Assembly (NCBI GenBank): GCA_002772115.1
Contig: PCRW01000076.1
Span: 1,802-34,532, forward strand
Direction of reading: 5' to 3'
Origin: Candidatus Moranbacteria bacterium CG23_combo_of_CG06-09_8_20_14_all_35_22
GTDB taxonomy: Bacteria > Patescibacteriota > Minisyncoccia > Moranbacterales > UBA2206
Length of the DNA stretch: 32,731 nt
Below the pieces are notes generated by a model that saw only the letters and a list, made by a program, of their open reading frames with translations, ran no database searches and was not told where the DNA came from. A program made the translations under genes and the position numbers. The stretch's first letter is position 1. The number at the start of each line of letters is the position of its first letter. Of this stretch, positions 26,564 through 32,731 are shown in pieces.

Positions 26564-27544
26564 ATGTCATCTATCAATTATTTAGAAATAATCCAAAAAG
26601 CTTGGGCAATCACTTGGAAAAATAAATATCTATGGTGGTTTGGTTTTTTTGTGGCCTTGGGTGGTACAGGAGGCATCAACTTTTTTTTCAATTCAGGCGA
26701 CGAGAAAAAATTAGATCCGGCGCAAAATGAAAAATTTCTGGAATTTTTTTCTCAAAATATGTCTTGGATTATAACTCTTATAATTATCGCTTTTTCACTC
26801 CTGATTATTTTTTCTATCTTGAATATTCTCGGCCGAGGCGCGCTCATTGCTTCGATTGAAAAAAATTTCCAAGGACAAACTGCCGATTTCAAATCCGGCT
26901 GGAATTCTGGCAAGAAAAATTTTTGGAAAATATTTTATATCAATATTTTCTTGAGCCTTTTTATCTTTTTCACCCTCATTATTCTTATCGCTCCTTTGGC
27001 AGTTTTGTTTTTGAATAAAAACTATATCATTGGTGGAATTTTGTCTTTTTTGGCAGTTTTTATTTTCATTCCTCTAGTAATTTTAGTTTCTTATTTAAGA
27101 ATTTATAGTTATCTTTATGCTGTTTTAGGAAAATTAAATTTCTGGCCATCCTTAGAAAATGCTTACAATCTTTTTGCTAAAAATATTTGGCCCAGTATTA
27201 TCTTGAGTTTGATTTTTATTCCACTAAGTTTTGTTTTTATGCTGGTTATTTTTACTATTTTACTTATATTATTTTTCATTTTTCTCCTTCTAGGCGGAAT
27301 TGCTTTTTGGCTATTTGGAAAAATTACTGCCATTATTATCGGCGCCATTGGAATAATAATCTTTCTACTAATCTTACTTTTTCTTCAAAGTATCTACGCT
27401 GTTTTTTCTCAAAGTATTTGGATTCTTTTCTTCCACGAAATCGCAACGCCCAAAGTCGAGGAAGTATTAGCTGAAATTAAGGAAGAAGAAAAAGAAACTG
27501 TTGCCAAACCAATGCCGGTGATTGAAACGAGAAAAGAGAATTAA
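26564..27544 (+). CDS. Multi-pass membrane protein of unknown function
   Basis: 326 aa with about six hydrophobic segments. Confidence 0.8.
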   Translation: MSSINYLEIIQKAWAITWKNKYLWWFGFFVALGGTGGINFFFNSGDEKKLDPAQNEKFLEFFSQNMSWIITLIIIAFSLLIIFSILNILGRGALIASIEKNFQGQTADFKSGWNSGKKNFWKIFYINIFLSLFIFFTLIILIAPLAVLFLNKNYIIGGILSFLAVFIFIPLVILVSYLRIYSYLYAVLGKLNFWPSLENAYNLFAKNIWPSIILSLIFIPLSFVFMLVIFTILLILFFIFLLLGGIAFWLFGKITAIIIGAIGIIIFLLILLFLQSIYAVFSQSIWILFFHEIATPKVEEVLAEIKEEEKETVAKPMPVIETRKEN

Positions 27545-27552
27545 ATTTTAAT

Positions 27553-27614
27553 TGTCATCCTGAATTCGTTTCAAGATCTACTAAACAAGATGCTGAAATA
27601 AATTCAGCATGACA
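27553..27614. repeat. TGTCAT...ATGACA double-hairpin element (family F)
   Basis: Related copy in pcrA at 31420-31498. Confidence 0.8.
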
Positions 27615-27639
27615 AAAGTCATTTATATTCTAGAAATTT

Positions 27640-27673
27640 AAAACCGCCCCAATTTAATCGGGGCGGTTTTTTT
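27640..27673. terminator. Intrinsic terminator
   Basis: AAAACCGCCCC...GGGGCGGTTTT plus a T run. Confidence 0.8.
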
Positions 27674-27674
27674 G

Positions 27675-27746
27675 TGGGACTGACAGGATTCGAACCTGTG
27701 ACCAGGCGATTATGAGTCGCTCGCTCTACCACTGAGCTACAGTCCC
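27675..27746 (-). tRNA. tRNA with CAU anticodon, probably Ile2
   Basis: Cloverleaf with a GCGACTCATAATCGC anticodon arm typical of Ile2; G1-C72 paired, so not an initiator. Confidence 0.88.
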
Positions 27747-27768
27747 AAATTTTTAATTGACGCATAAC

Positions 27769-27885
27769 TTTATCCCCCACCACTTTTAGAGTGGGTCTGT
27801 GCAGACTCGAACTGCAGACCTCGTCGATGTCAACGACGCACTCTAACCAACTGAGCTACAGACCCTAAGAGTGGTGGGGGACAAG
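27769..27885. mobile_element. Inverted-repeat element enclosing tRNA-Val
   Basis: TTTATCCCCCACCACTTTTAG...CTAAGAGTGGTGGGGGACAAG. Confidence 0.75.
27792..27865 (-). tRNA. tRNA-Val(GAC)
   Basis: GGGTCTG/CAGACCC acceptor, CGTCG-TTGACAT-CGACG anticodon arm, TTCGAGT T-loop. Confidence 0.95.
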
Positions 27886-27900
27886 CTGAGCTAAACACCC
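27886..27900 (-). pseudogene. 5' remnant of a second tRNA
   Basis: GGGTGTTTAGCTCAG stops at the D-loop, exactly where the inverted repeat starts. Confidence 0.6.
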
Positions 27901-27940
27901 AGCATAACATCTCTCATACTATTTCAAAAAAAACAATTGG

Positions 27941-28888
27941 TCAATCTTTTTTCCTTCTTCTGGCGTGAAATGCTTTATGCACTTCTTTGAGATGTGGGTT
28001 AGTGACATGGGTATAAATTTGGGTGGTGTTGATCGAAGCGTGACCGAGCATTGCTTGAACAGAGCGAATATCGGCTCCGTTCATCAAAAGATCAGTGGCA
28101 AAAGAATGACGCAGAGTGTGCGGATGGACATCTTTCACAATTCCCGCTTTCAAGGCATAGTATTTGACAATTCGTTGAATAGAACGCGGGGTGAGACGCA
28201 AATTATCATCATCCTTCGTATTTTCATTTTTCTTCTTAAATTTCGCCAAACTCTTAATATCCCGCACAAACAACGCCGGATCAACATCTTCCCTTTTTTT
28301 GAGATATTCTTCTAATGATTTTTTGGCTGTATCAGAGATAAAAACTACTCGAATTTTGTTGCCCTTGCCTCGCACACTCAATTCTCCGCTTTTGAGATTA
28401 AGTTTATCCCGATTGATATTAGTTAGCTCTGAAACTCGGAGTCCTGCCGAGAAAAGCAATTCCATAATTGCCCGATCACGCAGAGATTTGAAATTTACTC
28501 CGCCAGCCGATTCCAAAATCCTCTCCACTTCACTGTTTTCCAAAAAATCTACCTCTCGCTCCGGAGTTTTGCCAATCTCCACTTTTTCTGCCTGAAGAGT
28601 CTTCACATCCCGCTTAGCTAAATACTTTAAAAAACATCTTAACGCAATAATATAATAATTTTGAGTTATTTTCTTTAAATTTTGACCTTTTTCATTAGTA
28701 AATCGATTGAGATACAACCTAAAATTTCTGACTAAATCATCATTAATACCACTTGGATTGCTAATTTTTGCCCAAGCCAAAAATTTATCCAAATAACGAC
28801 CATAATTTTCAATCGTTTTGGGTGAACGCTGTTTTTCCACTTCCAAATATTCCAAAAATTGAGTTTTAAGCTTATAAAGTTCTGTCAT
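27941..28888 (-). CDS. XerC/D-type tyrosine recombinase
   Basis: RDRA...GLRVSE, GKGNKIR, HPHTLRHSFAT, MLGH and TTQIYTHV; ATG start at MTELYK. Confidence 0.93.
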   Translation of the reverse strand: MTELYKLKTQFLEYLEVEKQRSPKTIENYGRYLDKFLAWAKISNPSGINDDLVRNFRLYLNRFTNEKGQNLKKITQNYYIIALRCFLKYLAKRDVKTLQAEKVEIGKTPEREVDFLENSEVERILESAGGVNFKSLRDRAIMELLFSAGLRVSELTNINRDKLNLKSGELSVRGKGNKIRVVFISDTAKKSLEEYLKKREDVDPALFVRDIKSLAKFKKKNENTKDDDNLRLTPRSIQRIVKYYALKAGIVKDVHPHTLRHSFATDLLMNGADIRSVQAMLGHASINTTQIYTHVTNPHLKEVHKAFHARRRKKD

Positions 28889-28918
28889 ATTGAATTTATT
28901 ATACCCCAAAACTTCCGT

Positions 28919-28947
28919 TTGACAAAAAGACCCCAGCAAGCTATACT
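28919..28947 (+). promoter_or_regulatory. Sigma70 promoter
   Basis: TTGACA-17-TATACT upstream of the LysM gene. Confidence 0.75.
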
Positions 28948-29170
28948 GTTTTAGAAGTAAATATTAGGGTTTCGAAAGATAAATTGCCTTATAATAAGGC
29001 TTTTTAAAATCAAAACCACAAGAAAGACTAATCCTATTAGTAAACTAATAGCATTATTTAGAAGATTATTCAGCCGAAAAAATATAGGAAATATAAGAAG
29101 CCTTATTCGCAACAAACAGAGAATTGTCGCCACTTTTATCAAAGAGCGTCGCACAATAAAGGTTCTTCAC

Positions 29171-30202
29171 TTGTTTCGAAATTATTCTGCTTTTGCTGTT
29201 GTTGTATCCAGCACCTTCTTAGTTTCTGCTACTAATCTAGCCGCAGGACGAGAGTCCAGTGGTTTTTTATTTGGCTATTTTGGAGAAAATGAAAATTATG
29301 AAAACCCTTTAAAAGATATGATGTTTTTGAAAACAACCGAAAAAACCAGCCTTGCTGTAGCCGATTTGATTCAAGCTAAAAATCTTCCACGCTCCAAAGA
29401 TATCGCTTTTGAAAAAAATGACACTTCTTTCATAATCCAAGGACAAGCCTTAGTGGCCGGAAATAGCCCAGTCAAAAAAGATCCTCAAGAAGACGGCGGA
29501 GTGATTATCTATGAAGTAAAACAAGACGATACAATTAGCGCCATTGCTTCTGCTAATAATATTTCTATTAATACCATATTATGGTCCAACGAATTGGATA
29601 ATGTTGATTCCATTCAACTAGGAGATAAAATATTCATCCTGCCAGTATCCGGTCTTGAATATAAAGTCAAAACAGGAGATACTATTGAAAAAATTGCCTC
29701 TGAATATAAGGCGGATAAAAATAAAATCATTGCTTTCAATGATTTGCCGGCCAATGGTGAGTTAGAAATTGGTCAAAAAATTATTATTCCTGATGGGAAA
29801 AAAGAAGTGCCCATCCCACCTTCTAGTTCGTTTAATATCGCTCAAAGACCTTATGAATCATTCTCAAGTGGAAAAGTTTTAGATGGCAAAGCTGGTGCAG
29901 GACACAGCTTTCCTTATGGCTACTGCACTTGGTATGTGGCGCAAAAAAGATATGTGCCATGGGGCGGAAATGCTGGTACTTGGCTCTATCATGCCAAGGC
30001 CGCTGGATATTCCACCGGCAAAACTCCGCGTGTCGGAGCCATTATGGTTTCTTCCGAATCTTGGTGGGGCCATGTCGCTATCGTAGAAAAAGTTTCTGGC
30101 GGAAATATTACTATTTCCGAAATGAATTATGTTAAGTTCGCCAAAAAAAGCACCCGCACATTAAGTTCAAAATCACGGGTAATCAAAGGCTTCATTTATT
30201 AA
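29171..30202 (+). CDS. LysM-LysM-CHAP peptidoglycan hydrolase
   Basis: YEVKQDDTISAIA and YKVKTGDTIEKIA LysM repeats; GYCTWYV, GHVAIVE and SEMN CHAP motifs; start uncertain. Confidence 0.92.
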   Translation: MFRNYSAFAVVVSSTFLVSATNLAAGRESSGFLFGYFGENENYENPLKDMMFLKTTEKTSLAVADLIQAKNLPRSKDIAFEKNDTSFIIQGQALVAGNSPVKKDPQEDGGVIIYEVKQDDTISAIASANNISINTILWSNELDNVDSIQLGDKIFILPVSGLEYKVKTGDTIEKIASEYKADKNKIIAFNDLPANGELEIGQKIIIPDGKKEVPIPPSSSFNIAQRPYESFSSGKVLDGKAGAGHSFPYGYCTWYVAQKRYVPWGGNAGTWLYHAKAAGYSTGKTPRVGAIMVSSESWWGHVAIVEKVSGGNITISEMNYVKFAKKSTRTLSSKSRVIKGFIY

Positions 30203-30205
30203 GTC

Positions 30206-32587
30206 TTATATTTTCTTGATTGGCGCAATTGAAGCGGAAAGTTTTTTAAGCCCTGATTTAGAAAATGCCACAGTGATAATATCGCCTTGACTCGCCACGA
30301 TTAATCCTTCGCCAAAAGTTTCGTGCGATACTCGATCACCATCGGTAAAAATAATTTTTACCTTATTTTCCCTCTCCTTTCCAAGGAGAGGGTTAGGGTG
30401 AGGTTTAGTGTTTCCGCTTTCTATTAGATGTTCTGGCACATCGTCCAGAAATCGACTTGGCGCATTAATTTGAGTGGAACCAAAAATATTTCTCATACGG
30501 GTAAAAAGCAGATAAACTTTTTCCATCGCCCGAGTCACTCCCACATACATCAGGCGCCTTTCTTCTTCCATTTCGCTGTCATCTAATATACTTCGGGAAT
30601 GGGGCAAAATTCCTTCTTCCAATCCTGCGATAAAAACAATTTTAAATTCTAAACCTTTCGCACTGTGTAGTGTCATAAGATGAACCGCATCTTTCGCTTG
30701 ATCAATATTATCCGTGTCAGAAACCAAAGCTACTTCTTCTAGAAATAATCTTAAACCCTCCCCGCCTCGCGTCGACGAGCGGTCATCTCCGCGAGTCAAG
30801 GCGGGATTACTTTCATACTCGCTATATTTTTTGGCGACCGTCAAAAGTTCGCGTACATTTTCATTTCTCATTTCTCCTTCTTCCGTTCCATCCATCAGAA
30901 ATTTTTCATATCCTGATTCGCTATAAACTTTTTGAATGAAATCCGTAAGAATCAATTTTTCTTTGAGCTCCGCCATTCGTTTTATAAATTCGCAAAATTT
31001 TACAATTGCATCTATTTTTGAATTTTGAATTTTATTTTTTGGAACCTGCCTGCCGGTAGGCAAGGTTTGATCATTAGAATTTGAAAATTCATTGGAAATT
31101 GATATTTGGAAATTGGAAATTGCGAGGCCACAAGATATTAAATCTAAATTATTACTCCTAGCTATATTAATCCATTTTCCCAAAGTAACATCCCCAACGC
31201 CTCGCTTTGGTTCATTAATTATTCTTTCCAATGAAGTTTCATCATTAAAATTATTAATTAAACGCAAATAGGCAACCACATCTTTGATTTCTTTTCTTTG
31301 ATAAAATTTCACTCCACCAATAATTCGGTAGGGAATAGAAGCACGAAGCATCGCTTCTTCAATCATCCGTGATTGTGCGTTGGTGCGATAAAGCACCACG
31401 AAATCAGAAAACTTATATCTGTCATTCCGGACTTGATCCGGAATCTCTTGAGATCCTGAAACCCGCCCGCCGGCGAGACAGGCAAGTCCAGAATGACATA
31501 TTTTTTTTATCTCATCTACAATAAACTGCGCTTCTTCTTTTTCATCTTCCGCTTCAAACCTCGTTATCAAATGTCCGCTCTGGTTTTGAGTCCAAATTTT
31601 TTTGTCTTTGCGATTGATATTTTTAGAAATCACGCCATAAGCCGCGTCCAAAATATTTTGCGTGGAACGATAATTTTGGATTAATTTAATAGTTTTAACC
31701 TCTGGATAATCTTTCTCAAAATTTAATATATTAGTTATATCCGCGCCTCTAAATTTATAGATACTTTGATCATCATCACCCACAACACATAGGTTTCTAG
31801 ATTTTTGTGACAATAATTTAATAAGAACATATTGCGCGCGGTTGGTATCTTGATATTCATCCACCATAATATAGCGAAAAAAATTCTGATATTTTTCTAA
31901 CACTTCCGGAAATTTCTGAAAAATTTTAACTGTGATCATCAAAATATCATCAAAATCCAAAGCATCTTGTTCTTTCAATTTTTTCTGGTAATTTATATAT
32001 ATTTTCGCCACCATTTCTTCAAAATATCCGCCCACTCCCGCCAAAAAATCTTCTGATCCAATTAGTTCATTTTTCGCTTTGGAAATTGCGCCTAAAATTG
32101 TCTTGGGCTTGAATTGATCAATGTTTATTTCCATTTCTTTCATCACTTTTTTTATCAGCGCCAGCTGATCCTGATCATCAAAAATATTAAAGGAACTTTT
32201 ATATCCAACTTTTTCAATTTCCCGCCTTAGAATTTTTACACAAATAGAATGAAAAGTCCCGACAGTCGGCATGTCGGGATGGCCACCCTCTCCTTTATAA
32301 GGAGAGGGGCTGGGGGTGAGGTCATTCGCATCATTCGCATCAATTCGCGTATTTGCATTAAGCAACTCTTTTATTCTTTCTTTCATCTCTCCCGCCGCTT
32401 TATTGGTAAAAGTCACTGCCAAAATCCTCCTTGGATTGATCTTTTTTTCGCAAATCAAATACGCCACTCGATGAGTGAGCGCCCGCGTTTTCCCTGACCC
32501 CGCACCCGCAATAATCAAAACCGGTCCTTCCGTCGTCATCACTGCCTCTCTCTGTGGAGCATTAAGTTTTTCCAAAATTTCCTGCAT
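30206..32587 (-). CDS. pcrA: PcrA/UvrD helicase with multiple repeat-derived inserts
   Basis: AGAGSGKT, TFTNKAA, VDEYQD, QNYRS, TLHSAKGLEF and EERRLMYVGVTRA. Confidence 0.95.
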   Translation of the reverse strand: MQEILEKLNAPQREAVMTTEGPVLIIAGAGSGKTRALTHRVAYLICEKKINPRRILAVTFTNKAAGEMKERIKELLNANTRIDANDANDLTPSPSPYKGEGGHPDMPTVGTFHSICVKILRREIEKVGYKSSFNIFDDQDQLALIKKVMKEMEINIDQFKPKTILGAISKAKNELIGSEDFLAGVGGYFEEMVAKIYINYQKKLKEQDALDFDDILMITVKIFQKFPEVLEKYQNFFRYIMVDEYQDTNRAQYVLIKLLSQKSRNLCVVGDDDQSIYKFRGADITNILNFEKDYPEVKTIKLIQNYRSTQNILDAAYGVISKNINRKDKKIWTQNQSGHLITRFEAEDEKEEAQFIVDEIKKICHSGLACLAGGRVSGSQEIPDQVRNDRYKFSDFVVLYRTNAQSRMIEEAMLRASIPYRIIGGVKFYQRKEIKDVVAYLRLINNFNDETSLERIINEPKRGVGDVTLGKWINIARSNNLDLISCGLAISNFQISISNEFSNSNDQTLPTGRQVPKNKIQNSKIDAIVKFCEFIKRMAELKEKLILTDFIQKVYSESGYEKFLMDGTEEGEMRNENVRELLTVAKKYSEYESNPALTRGDDRSSTRGGEGLRLFLEEVALVSDTDNIDQAKDAVHLMTLHSAKGLEFKIVFIAGLEEGILPHSRSILDDSEMEEERRLMYVGVTRAMEKVYLLFTRMRNIFGSTQINAPSRFLDDVPEHLIESGNTKPHPNPLLGKERENKVKIIFTDGDRVSHETFGEGLIVASQGDIITVAFSKSGLKKLSASIAPIKKI
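30761..30805. repeat. Family A palindrome within pcrA
   Basis: Three differences from 337-381; encodes PALTRGDDRSSTRGG. Confidence 0.93.
31420..31498. repeat. Family F element within pcrA with a nested 21-bp family D hairpin (31462-31482)
   Basis: TGTCATTCCGGACTTGATCCGGAATC...GATCCTGAAA[CCCGCCCGCCGGCGAGACAGG]CAAGTCCAGAATGACA. Confidence 0.85.
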
Positions 32588-32731
32588 AATAATTTCATTT
32601 TATCACACTAAGAGTTTTGTCGCCAAAAATTTGCCAAACTTTCAATTATGTTGTAATGTTAGTTTATAATAATAGGTCACTGAAAAATTAAAATTTTTTC
32701 GAAATTAAACTCGGACCCTGAATTTCCTTGC

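Noticed and set aside
27941-28888. Phage or integron integrase at the tRNA cluster
   Set aside because: Looks like a housekeeping Xer recombinase; no tRNA 3'-end duplication, phage genes or adjacent attC array.
1-32731. Alternative genetic code (TGA read-through)
   Set aside because: Long conserved genes translate intact under the standard code, and TGA serves as the recombinase stop.

Overview
AT-rich chromosomal segment, standard genetic code. The gene content and style suggest a Patescibacteria/CPR (Parcubacteria-like) genome; this is inference. The backbone is housekeeping: folD, a CCA-adding enzyme, gyrA, rpsA, gmk, tilS, ftsH, a Xer-type recombinase, a LysM/CHAP hydrolase, pcrA/uvrD and five intact tRNAs (Leu-CAG, Arg-CCU, Ala-GGC, Ile2-CAU, Val-GAC). 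Accessory modules include MNT-HEPN, HTH-PRTase, an AbiE-like pair, a GxxExxY gene, a PaaX-like gene and a LAGLIDADG-like gene. The most striking signals lie below the gene level. (1) At two loci an intact tRNA sits inside an inverted-repeat element that interrupts an older tRNA copy at the D-loop. (2) At least seven families of short palindromes or oligomer repeats are inserted in frame into proteins and nested in one another. (3) Single accessory genes are bracketed by their own repeats: GxxExxY by 16-bp terminal inverted repeats with a gene-less derivative elsewhere, the PaaX-like gene by twin palindromes, and two toxin-like modules by three direct repeats. (4) Ten intact parS sites lie inside one membrane-protein ORF. 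All product calls come from reading motifs by eye, not from database searches, and hand-counted repeat coordinates may be off by a few bases.
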